64,000 nt of DNA from Thelocarpon superellum (lineage: Eukaryota). A model generated the notes under the pieces. That model did not search any database and was not told where the DNA came from. It worked only from the letters and a program-made list of their open reading frames with translations. The translations under genes were made by a program, and so were the position numbers. The stretch lies in assembly GCA_026025795.1 (NCBI GenBank), contig JAPEUG010000024.1, positions 1 through 64,000 of the forward strand, read 5' to 3'. Below are positions 1-10,900 of this stretch, piece by piece (position 1 is the first letter of the stretch; the number at the start of each line of letters is the position of its first letter).

Positions 1-1293
1 CTCATGTGGTTGATGAGTCGTGCCTCATTTGTCAATTCCGTGTGTTCGACCAACTCCTCGTCGATGGACATCAAGGTGTGTACCATGTCCTCGAAGTTTG
101 CGCAACATCCAAGAGTCCGAACTGGCCACCCTCAAGGCCAGCACATGAGCTCGGTTAACGGGGCTCCCCGTCGAGTTTGGAGGTGGAGGAAGTTTGGAGT
201 GCTCCCTGTTTATCGAGCCGGTAGTCTGGAGCACTCGTAGACATGTCCCGACACGATGCACTCCTTGGTCACAACGGGTACCTGTATCTGATCGTAGAGC
301 TGGTTGGTGCACACTCATGCCCTGCGGTTACAGCCCTGCGGTTGTGAGGCGCCTTTCATTGATCTGCTTGCAGATAGATCCTCGCGCGTCTCATCCTTGT
401 TCTTCGTACTGTGAGAGCTAATAGCTCCGAGGACCCATAGATCGCTCGCGTCGTCTTGCTCTGTCCGTCAACTGCTCAAGATCTACCACGAGAACTAGCA
501 AGCCACTAGCACCAAACTACTCACCGCTGTCGGCCAACGTCCGGTACGTATCATCTCGCTTGACCGCCGCGGACCCCCACCGCCTTGAGTCTCCAATCAG
601 CGGGCGGGGGGCGGGGGGCGGCCGGTGCAAGGTGCAAGGTGCACACAACCCTGACCAGCAGCTACGGAGTACTGCCGCTTCGTAGACGTCGAGCTGCTAG
701 ACGATGCAACGCGAATGGCACCCAATGGCACCGTATCAAGCGGATGAAACGTGCACGCGGATGGCACCGTACAGAATACTCGTGCCTCGCACCGCGTGGA
801 GAATCTTGCAACGCGACGGTCGCGGTGGTTCGGGTACGCAATGAAGGCGTAGACATTGAGCGACGGTTGGCGTACCGGTAGAAGCATCAAGGTACGAGTA
901 CATCGAGTTACCGCAGCGCCCGTTCACGTTCACGTTCACGTTCGTCGGGTGAGTGGACCGACGTCGGAGGGCCGGGTGCTGGGCTCGTCATCGTGCATCA
1001 ATTCCTTCTCACTTGACCTCCAACGGATGTGGGGAAGCTTCCGAAGCTAAGCCAAACGCCATCCACCCACGATCATCGCCCCCCCAACCTCCCTCGTCAT
1101 TCCTTCTTGCATCGTCGCTCATCCCCCGCATCGCCTTCATCGAGCTCGTCGCTCATGGCATCCTTTTCCCGCTGACGGAGGGGCGCCACAGTGCTTCGTT
1201 GATGGGCGAGGGGCACTCCATCTAGCCGTCACCCTTCATTGCCTCGATCTCGGCACTGCGCTCGCGACCCGCGTCGCGTCCGCTCTCGCCACG

Positions 1294-3495
1294 ATGGCGA
1301 GCGACGACCCCCCCGCGCGGAACATCAAGGATCATATGCTCTTCGAGTGTTCCACCGAGGTCTGCAATCGCGTCGGCGGCATCTACTCCGTCTTGAAGTC
1401 CAAGGCGCCCGTCACCACGGCCGAGTATGGCGATCGATATACCCTGGTGGGCCCGCTCAATCGTGCCTCGGCCGCGGTCGAGATGGAGCCGCTCACGCCC
1501 AAGAACGTGGCCCTGCTCGAGACGATCCAGGCCATGCAGTCCCGTGGCATTGGGCTGGTCTACGGTCGCTGGCTCATCGACGGCGCCCCCCGCGTCTTGC
1601 TGATCGACACGAAGACGGGATACGCCTTCTTGGACGAGTGGAAGTCCGATCTCTGGAACACGGCGGGGATCCCGTCGCCGCCGGGCGACGACGAGACCAA
1701 CGAGGCCGTCGTTCTGGGCTATCTGATCGCCTGGTTCCTGGGCGAGTACCTCGCCCATGAGAAGTCGCGCGCCGTCGTCGCCCACTTCCACGAGTGGCTC
1801 GCGGGCGTCGCCTTGCCGCTGACGAAGAAGCGCCGCATCGACGTCACCACCATCTTCACCACCCACGCCACCCTGCTCGGCCGCTACCTCTGTGCGGGCT
1901 CGGTCGACTTCTACAACAACCTGCAGTACTTTGACGTCGACGCCGAGGCCGGTCGCCGCGGCATCTACCACCGCTACTGCATCGAGCGCGCCGCCGCGCA
2001 CGCCGCCGACGTCTTCACCACCGTCTCGCACATCACCGCCTACGAGAGCGAGCACCTGCTGAAGCGGAAGCCCGACGGCGTGCTGCCCAATGGGCTCAAC
2101 GTCGTCAAGTTCTCGGCCATGCACGAGTTCCAGAACCTGCACCAGCAGGCCAAGGAGAAGATTCACGATTTCGTGCGCGGCCATTTCTACGGGCACAACG
2201 ACTTTGAGCCGAGCAACACGCTCTACTTCTTCACGGCCGGTCGGTACGAGTATCGGAACAAAGGCGTGGACATGTTCATCGAGTCGCTCGCCCGGCTGAA
2301 CCACCGGATGAAGACGTCGGGCTCCAAGATGACGGTGGTGGCCTTCATCGTCATGCCGGCGCAGACGTCGTCGCTGACGGTCGAGGCGCTCAAGGGCCAG
2401 GCCGTCATCAAGAGCCTGCGCGACACGGTCAGCGTCATCGAGCACAGCGTGGGCAAGCGTCTGTTCGAGCGTTCCTTGACCTGGCACGAGGGCGAGAACC
2501 TGCCGGACGAGAAGGATCTCATCACCAGCCAGGACCGCGTCATGCTGCGCCGGCGCCTGTTCGCCATGAAGCGCCACACCTTGCCGCCGGTGGTGACGCA
2601 CAACATGGCCAACGACGCCGAGGACCCCATCCTCGCCCAGATCCGGCGCGTCCAGCTCTTCAACCACCCGTCGGACCGGGTCAAGATCGTCTTCCACCCG
2701 GAGTTCCTCAACTCGGCCAATCCCGTCTTGCCCATGGACTACGACGAGTTCGTGCGCGGCACCCACCTGGGCGTCTTCCCCTCGTACTACGAGCCCTGGG
2801 GCTACACGCCGGCCGAGTGCACCGTCATGGGCGTGCCCAGCATCACGACCAATCTCTCGGGCTTCGGCTGCTACATGGAGGAGCTGATCGAGAACGCGTC
2901 GGACTACGGCATCTACATCGTCGACCGACGCATGAAGGGCGTGGACGATTCCGTCAACCAGCTGACGGAGTACATGTTTGACTTCACCTGCAAGAGTCGG
3001 CGCCAGCGCATCAACCAGCGCAATCGGACCGAGCGCCTGAGCGATCTGTTGGACTGGAAGCGGATGGGGATGGAGTACATCAAGGCGCGGCAGCTGGCCT
3101 TACGACGAGGTGCGTCGGCCCGCGCTCACGGGGACCGTGTGGATGCTGACCTGCGCACAGCCTACCCTCAATCCTTCGAAGGCGACGACGAGATGGGCTT
3201 CTTTGACGGCACGGAGACCAAGGTGTCGCGACCGCTGTCGGTGCCGGGCTCGCCGCGAGAGCGATCGGGCATGATGACGCCCGGCGACTTTGCCTCGCTC
3301 CAAGAAGGGCGCGAGGGTCTGAGCACGGAGGATTACATCGCGTGGAAGCTCCCGGAAGAGGAGGATGGCGAGGAGAATCCCTTTCCCTTGACCCTCCGCG
3401 TGCCCAAGAAACAGCGCGGGCCCACCTCGCCCGCGGACAGCGACTCGCCGACTGAGGCGGGTGAGGTGACTCGTCGTCCCGTGAACGGGTACTAG
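1294..3495 (+). CDS. GSY1: Glycogen synthase (GT3 family); one 51-nt in-frame intron 3110-3160
   Basis: [33 protein letters not shown] and [14 protein letters not shown] motifs; C-terminal phosphoregulatory [10 protein letters not shown]. Removing GTGCGT..GCTGAC..CAG restores RRAYP. Confidence 0.97.
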   Translation: MASDDPPARNIKDHMLFECSTEVCNRVGGIYSVLKSKAPVTTAEYGDRYTLVGPLNRASAAVEMEPLTPKNVALLETIQAMQSRGIGLVYGRWLIDGAPRVLLIDTKTGYAFLDEWKSDLWNTAGIPSPPGDDETNEAVVLGYLIAWFLGEYLAHEKSRAVVAHFHEWLAGVALPLTKKRRIDVTTIFTTHATLLGRYLCAGSVDFYNNLQYFDVDAEAGRRGIYHRYCIERAAAHAADVFTTVSHITAYESEHLLKRKPDGVLPNGLNVVKFSAMHEFQNLHQQAKEKIHDFVRGHFYGHNDFEPSNTLYFFTAGRYEYRNKGVDMFIESLARLNHRMKTSGSKMTVVAFIVMPAQTSSLTVEALKGQAVIKSLRDTVSVIEHSVGKRLFERSLTWHEGENLPDEKDLITSQDRVMLRRRLFAMKRHTLPPVVTHNMANDAEDPILAQIRRVQLFNHPSDRVKIVFHPEFLNSANPVLPMDYDEFVRGTHLGVFPSYYEPWGYTPAECTVMGVPSITTNLSGFGCYMEELIENASDYGIYIVDRRMKGVDDSVNQLTEYMFDFTCKSRRQRINQRNRTERLSDLLDWKRMGMEYIKARQLALRRGASARAHGDRVDADLRTAYPQSFEGDDEMGFFDGTETKVSRPLSVPGSPRERSGMMTPGDFASLQEGREGLSTEDYIAWKLPEEEDGEENPFPLTLRVPKKQRGPTSPADSDSPTEAGEVTRRPVNGY

Positions 3496-3517
3496 GGCGG
3501 AGGTGCAGGTGGAGCAC

Positions 3518-3558
3518 GGTGGAGGTGGAGGTGGAGGTGGAGGTGGAGGTGGAGGTGG
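3518..3558. repeat. (GGTGGA)n microsatellite in the GSY 3' region
   Basis: About 7 tandem hexamers read directly. Confidence 0.9.
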
Positions 3559-3938
3559 ACGGACGTGACGGACGTGCCGCCGTGAGGGGTCAAATCTTGT
3601 ACATGTGATCTTGCTCTTTTGTTTCCCCTTCTCTGTCGCCTGTTTTCCCTCCTCACGCACTCGTCGTGTGTGCGTTTGCCTTTGTGTTTGCCCGTGGAAG
3701 CTGATCGTCACCGTGCACGTCACGCCATCGTCAACTCTCACGTCTTACGTCTCCTGCATCTGGATTGGCAGCGGCCGCAGCGGCAGCCTTCATCTACTGT
3801 ACTGTATATAGTCCAGCGCATCCGAACCCATGCACCTTCTTGGTCGCGTCATACTTCCTTCTCGTGATTCGACGTGGGTGTCAAGCATGGTACGAGTGGG
3901 AGTTTCCACCGGCAGCAGCATTCGTGCGCCCCACCACC

Positions 3939-5026
3939 CTACCGATCCCGCTTATAGATCTTGGCGAGAAAGGCGTCAAAGACGTCCTTCTTGAGGCCCT
4001 CGCTCTCGTCCACGGCGGCAATCAGCTTCCGGATCTCACCGACCTTCTCCTCCTCGTAGGCGCGATAGACCTCATCGAGCTTCATCTCCGCAAAGATCTG
4101 CTTGACCTCCTTCTCCTTCGCCGCGTCCTTCTGGCCGTAGTTCGCTTCCAGCACCGCGCGCTGCTCCGGCGTCGCCCGCGCCAGCGCCTGGTTGATCAGC
4201 CACGAGCACTTGTTGTCCTGGATGTCGGTGCCGATCTTGCCGATCACCTCGGGCGCGCCGAAGTTATCCAGGTAGTCGTCCTGCGCCTGGAAGTACTCGC
4301 CCAGCGGGATCAGGATCTGCTGGGCCTGCGCCAGGTTCTTGGGCGTCGCCAGCTGGAGCAGGTGCAGCGACAGCGCCACGGGCAGGTAGAAGGAATAGTA
4401 GGCCGTCTTGAAGATGACGATGAAGGTAAATTTGTCCATGCTGAAGCTTGCCAGGTCCACTTTGTCCTCTGGCGCCGTGAGCAGGTCGCACAGCTGCCCT
4501 AGTTCTGTCTGGAGGGTCACTTCGTGGAAGAGCTCGATCAGGTCGACGTAGCATGCGTCGGTGCGGAAATACTTCTTGAGCAGCGTGAAGATGGACGATT
4601 CCAGCATGAAGGCGTCGTTGATGGCGATCATGCCCACCTCCGGCATGCGGTACCAGCACGGGTTGCCGCGCCGCGTGTGCGAGCCGTCCATGATGTCGTC
4701 GCTGACGAGGAAGAAGGCCTGGAGCAGTTCCGTGCACCAGCCCAGCGTCGCCGACTGGAAGTATTCTTTGGCCGACAGCGCCCGGGGACTCACCAGCGTC
4801 GAGCTGGTGTCGACCACGGACATGCCCCGGTTGTACTTCCCGCCCATGGAATTGTGCTTGAGGCTCTGTGAGGTCTCAGCTGGAGCTCGTCGTGTTGTAG
4901 AGCTCATCCTACCTGCTCGTACCACGACACTGCATTCTCGGGGACGTTGTATTCCCGGGCGTGCGACGTGAGATCCTGGATCAATTGAGGAAAGACCTCC
5001 TCGAATTCTTTCCGTGTCGTGGGCAT
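3939..5026 (-). CDS. ERG20: Farnesyl diphosphate synthase; intron 4866-4912
   Basis: [22 protein letters not shown] (aromatic residues upstream, typical of FPPS), [34 protein letters not shown]. Exon 1 [13 protein letters not shown] reconstructed across a GTAGGA..CAG intron. Confidence 0.96.
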
Positions 5027-5368
5027 TGCGGGTGTGGTATGTGCAATTGATCCCGGCGTGTCGGAGATGTTGGGAGCCGGCGACAGAAGGGGTGGGTCAG
5101 CTGGTTGAATGTTGTGTGGAGGTGGGGGGGCCCTCTTGATAGTGTTCTCCGGCCCCCGGCTCCGCCAATGACGTTGGCGGAAAGTTCCGCTTCTTTGTTG
5201 TCGTGGGGGACTCCACGTTCCCCTTCACGTTCACCGTCACGTCACGCACCCACGATCATTACTCGGGTTGAGGTTGCCGGGCGAGCCCAACGTGTTTCTT
5301 CGGAAGCCCAAGAATCGAGATTCCACACGCGTACTCATCTCCATGAGTGATTCCACACTTACGGCACA

Positions 5369-7802
5369 ATGGTCGGCCTCACGGCGCACGACGCCAACCA
5401 GCTTCACCTCACGCTCCAGGATGCGGTAGTCAAATGCTCGGAGCGGTGTCTCTATCAGTCGGCGAAATGGTGTGTGAGATCTGCTTCGCTTGCTTCAATC
5501 AATGCTGAGGATGTGCCCAGGGCCGCCGAACTTCTCGATGCTCTCCCCCTCCAGGACGCGCTCACGCCGAACTCGGACAAGACGGAGGACCTGCACATGT
5601 TCGAGGCGGACGCGGCAGTCCCTCGAGGACCTAGCGGTGCCCCGGTCGTCCTCACGCCAAACGCCGACCCTGAAGAGAGTCATCTGGAGAGCGACGAAGT
5701 GGGCAAGTACCTCCTGGCCAAATCCTTCTTCGACTGTCGCGAATACGATCGATGTGCCGCTGTCTTCCTACCGAGCACCATCCCGTCGGGCATGGCGTCG
5801 TCGACCCCGGCGGTCTCCTTGAGCACCATCCAGACGCCCGTGTCGAGCAAGGCCAAGTCGAAAGCGTCGACGCCGAGCTCGAAGAAATCCACCTCCCACG
5901 GCCTGGCCAAGTCGAAGCTGCCCCGACTGAGTCAGAAGGCCATGTTCCTGTCGCTGTACGCCAAGTTCATGGCGGGCGAGAAACGAAAAGACGAAGAGAG
6001 CGAGATGATTCTGGGACCGGTCGATGGCGGCGTCACGGTGAATCGAGAACTGATCCGGATCGCGGCCATTCTGGAGGAATGGTTTACGGATCTTGATGGG
6101 GATACGCAAGGTGGAAGGAATCGGGGCGAGCGGAGTCAGGGCTGGTTGGAATATCTGTGAGTGATGAGAGAACTTGAGCATACCACGCGGACATGTCTAA
6201 CAGAGATAGGTACGGCATTGTTCTGGCCAAGGGAAAGAACGACGATGAGGCTCGAAGATGGCTGATCCGGAGTGTCAATCTGTACCCCTACAACTGGGGA
6301 GCATGGCAGGAGCTGAGTAGCTTGCTTGGGAACGTGGAGAATGTGAGTGGCGAGAGTTCCGGATGGACGCTTGCCCAAGTAGCCAGAGACTGACCAGAGC
6401 AGCTCGAGCAAGTCAAACCATCGTTACCCAACAACTTGCTGACTTTCATCTTCCTGGTGTACACGAATCAAGAATTCTACCAATCGACGGAACAAGTACA
6501 CAATCACTTGACTGGACTGCAAAGCATCTTTCCCGAGAGTCAATTTCTGAAGACGCAACGAGCGCTGCTGCTGTACCACAGCAAGGGTGAGTCACCTTCA
6601 GTGACAAGCCGAGCATACAGAGCTGACTCCTTCCAGACCTCGAAGAAGCAGAAAAGATCTTCTCGAGCCTGGTGCAACGAGATCCATATCGAATCGACTC
6701 ACTCGATCACTACAGCAACATCCTGTACGTGATGGGATCGCGACCCAAGCTGGCCTTCCTGGCACAACTGGCCACGGCCACGGACAAGTTTCGACCGGAG
6801 ACGTGCTGCGTGGTAGGGAACTACTACAGCCTGAAATCCGAGCACGAAAAAGCCGTGGTCTACTTCCGCCGAGCACTGACGCTCGACCGCAGCTTCACGT
6901 CGGCCTGGACGCTGATGGGGCATGAGTACGTGGAGATGAAGAACACGCACGCGGCCATCGAGAGCTACCGACGCGCGGTGGACGTGAACCGGAAGGACTA
7001 CCGTGCCTGGTACGGGCTGGGCCAGACGTACGAAATGCTGGAGATGCACTACTACGCGCTGTTCTACCATCAGCGGGCCGCGTCGCTGCGCCCCTACGAT
7101 CCCAAGATGTGGCAAGCGGTCGGCAGCTGCTTCAGCAAGATGGACCGGCCCGTGGACGCCATCAAGGCGCACAAGCGGGCGCTGATAGCAGGGACGTATT
7201 ACGACGCGGGGTCGTCGACTTCGCCGTCCTTTTCCACCTCCAACTCCTCCCACGCGGGAGGTGGAGGTGGAGCAGGTGGAGCAGGAGGCAACATCAGCGG
7301 CGTCATGGACCCCGACACGCTGTACCAGATCGCGTTGATGTACGACAAGTTGCGCAACGACGAGGAAGCACGGGCGTACATGGAGCTCTGCCTGGCGCAG
7401 GAAGACGGGGCGGGAGCAGGAGCAGACGAGGACGCCTCATCCGACGACGGCACCATTGGCGCTCCTCCAGGCCGCAGAGCCAGCGCGGGAGGCGGAGGAA
7501 GTGGCGGCGGCGGCGGCGGAGTAGGCGTGACGCCCACGACATCACGCGCACGCATGTGGCTAGCGCGATGGGAAGCATCCCACGGCGGGCTGCAGCGGGC
7601 CTTGAAACTAGCCACGGAGCTATGCCAGGACGGAGTGGAGGTGGAAGAGGCCAAGGCGCTCGTGCGGGACTTGAGGGCCAGATTGGACGCCGAGGCTGAA
7701 TTGGGCGGCGCTCCTGCTTCTCAGTCTCACTCCCATTCGAGGTCTGCCTCTCGTTCCGTCTCGGTCTCTGTTTCGCAATCTGCTCATGCGTCCCGTGCTT
7801 AA
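5369..7802 (+). CDS. CDC23: Anaphase-promoting complex subunit 8 (TPR protein); 4 introns at about 5470-5520, 6157-6209, 6343-6402, 6587-6636
   Basis: [59 protein letters not shown] and [15 protein letters not shown] are Cdc23 hallmarks. Confidence 0.95.
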
Positions 7803-7892
7803 GAGAGGAGACCCGGGGAGGGGTGTGGGGGTATCAAGTCTTCGCCATGGGCGATTATCCTACCAAATCTATTATCTTTATACATGTACACC

Positions 7893-7917
7893 CACACACA
7901 CACACACACACACACAC
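7893..7917. repeat. (CA)n microsatellite between convergent genes
   Basis: Direct read. Confidence 0.9.
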
Positions 7918-7943
7918 TTCATGAGGGAGAGGAGCAGAATCTC

Positions 7944-10900
7944 TCAAGAAGAGACGGCACAGTCAGACGGGCGAATCTCAAGATCGGCAACGAGCTGGCG
8001 GGAGCAGGAGGAAGCGCGGGCGAAGTCGAGCGGGGTACGGCCGTCATGGTTCCGATGGTGCAGGTCGGCGCCCTTGGCGAAGAGGAGGCGGACGAGGTCC
8101 TCGTGGCCCTGCTGCGCCGCGTGGTGCAGCGCCGTGTTGCCCTGCGCGTCCGCGGCGTCGACGACCGCGCCGTGCTTCAGCAGCATCTTCACAATCGTGC
8201 TGCTCCCGTGGCGCGCCGCCTCGTGCAGCGGCGTGAAGTTGAATCTTGCGTCCGTCCCGGCTACTAGCCCGCCAACGGGCGCCTGGTGCTGCAGCAGGAT
8301 TTCCACCGCCCGGTCGCGCCCCAGCCCCGCCGCGGCGTGGAGCGGCGTCTGGTGCTGTCGCGTCGCCGCCGTCATGCTTGCTCCTCTCTTGAGAAGCAGA
8401 TCGAGCGTCACGATAGAGCCCCTCTCGGCCGCGCGGAAGAGCGGCGTCGCGTCGTCCTCGTCCCGCACGTCCATATTGGCGCCCGCGTCGACCAAGGTCT
8501 GCGCGGCCTGCGCGCTGTCTTTCATCGCGGCGTGATGGAGCGGCGTGCGCTGCTGCATGTCGCATGCTTCACAATCGGCCCCCGCTAGCGTCAGCTCTTC
8601 CACGGTCAGCTCGTGGTTTGCCGAGGCCGCACGATGTAGCGGCGTCGCGCCCCACCGGTCGTGGACATTGAGCGGGTCGGAGTCGCTGTACATGCAGAGC
8701 TTGCCGATGAGATGGGCGTGCCCGTACGCGGCGGCCATGTGCATTGCCGTCTCCATGTTGTCGTTGGGCTTGCTCGCAGAGCCGAGCTTTTGCGTGAGCA
8801 GGTCCACCGTGGGCCCATCGCCTTTCTTGGCCGCTAGGTGCAACGGCGTGTTGCCCAGCGGCCCCTTGGTCGATGCGCTCACTCCGGCCTTCAGCAGAAC
8901 CTCCACGATGTCGCACGATCCACTCGCGGCTGCCTCGAGGATCGGCGGCTGCTCCGTCGAGTCGACCGCATTGACGTCCGCCCCGCGCCGTTGGAGCCAT
9001 TTCAGCGTAGATTCTCGTCCCAGGGCCACGGCCCAGAACAAAGGCGTGCGCCCCTTGTTGTCGCGCGGGTCAATCATTGCGCCCCGATCGAGGAGTAGAT
9101 ATATCACAGTGTTGTGTCCGCCTATTGCCGCTCGGTGCACAGCCGTCATTCGTCGACTGTCCGTTGCCTCCAGGTCGGCCTTCAAGTCGCAGAGAGTGGC
9201 AACCGCATTCAGATGACCGTTGCCCGCAGCAACGTGGAGAGGCGACTCGCTCCGAATTCTGGGCCCGTCCACCAGAGCCCCAGCTTTCACCAACTCAATG
9301 ATTCCCAACAAATATCCGATACTGGCCGCATGGTATAATGGAGCCTTGTCGTCCAGGTCAGTAGCATTCAAGTTGGCGCCGTAGTGAAACAGGATCCTTG
9401 CCACGGCTATGTGACTCGCCTGAATCGCCAGATGTAATGCCGTTCGTTGATCCAACGTCCGGCCGTCCACTTCTGCCCCATGCTCAAGCAACAGTTGCGC
9501 CATCTGCGAGTGACCTCCCGCTGCCGCTCGGTGCAGCGGATTGAGCCCATCTGCATCGAAATAGCCCAGCTTCGCACCTTTGGCGAGCAGTGCTCGCGCC
9601 TGGGCAACATCTCCCTTGGCCGCCGCAAGGAGCATCCGCGCCCCCTTTTCCCCGTCTCCGAGCCGACGGGGCTCCCTAGCAGCCTCGCCCTTTTCAGGTG
9701 TCTTGCCGGCGACACCTTTCTCTACGGATGTCTTCGTTTGCATAGCCGGTCGCACCGATGCTTTAGCTGGCCGGTCCAAGCTTTTTGCCCACGCGTTTTT
9801 GATTGGGACCGACGGCGGCGATGCTTCTGTCGCATTACCCGCTATCCATTTCCACACGTGTGCCGTCGACGATGGCGGGGCCTCGGTCGTGTTGTCGGCT
9901 ATGTCCTTCCATATTTTGGAGGTTGGCGGCGGCGGCGGCGGTGCTGCTGTCGTCGTATCTGCTATCCCTTTCCATATTTTCGATGTTGACGATGGCGGAA
10001 TTTCGGTCGCCTTGTCCGCTGTCACTTTCCACATGTTGGTGGTCGGCGGCGGCGGCAGAGACCCCCTTAACGTAGAGTGACGCACCGTCGTACTGAGAGG
10101 AGGTGATGGTGCGGCGGGTGACCGGCCGAGACTTTCGCCGGCAAGATTCCTCGACTTGGTCGTAGGGGGAGGTGGCCGGCTGGGCTTGTCGAAGGGGAAA
10201 CCAGGCGGAAAATCGTCCTTGTCGAAGGGGAAACCAGGTGGGAAATCGTCGCTGGGGAGAAAGGGTGATTTGAGAATGGAGGGAGAGGGGCCCAGCGGAG
10301 GAAGATAAGCCGGCGTCTCAGCGGCTGCCGAAGCCGGGGCTGTCGAAGCCGCGGCTACTGAAGTAGGGACCGCCAAGATGGGGCCCGTCGCAGAGGTGGG
10401 GCCTGTCGCAGATATGGGGCCCGTCGTCGAGGTAGGGCCTGTCGCAGGATATGGCGGTGCTCGAACGGGTGCCGAAGCTGGACCCGCCGAGGGAGAGGGC
10501 GAGGAGACTGCCAGAACCGGTGGCGTTGAATTCTCGGAACGACCGGTCGACTGGAGACGAAGACGTGTCCACGCGGGCGACGCGTCAAACGACCCCGGCG
10601 ATGGCGTCGCGCTCGCGCCACCGGCGGGTCCGAGGGGACCGGTGATCCACGCAGGCAACGATGTGTTGGTAGCAACGGGGGGAGAATAGCACAGGTCGAG
10701 GGCCTGCGATCGTGCACCGGGACGGCCCGGGTCGCCTGGGGTCCATGGCATCGTGACGTCCTCAAAGAGGCCTGCATTTGACATTCGGTAGAACCAGTGT
10801 CGGATGTCATTTTGATAGAAGCCGAGCAGAAACTCTCGCTGTTTGTTGACATCCTGCATGCTCTCGACATGCCGGAAATGAGTCCGACAGAGGTGGCGCA

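Noticed and set aside
1..530. Possible partial gene on the minus strand at the left edge
   Set aside because: There is an intron-like signal and a short open frame running off the window, but no consistent frame or recognisable homology.
1222..2766. Long antisense ORFs (e.g. 514 aa opposite GSY, and many others)
   Set aside because: Shadow ORFs caused by high GC3 codon bias of real genes on the other strand.
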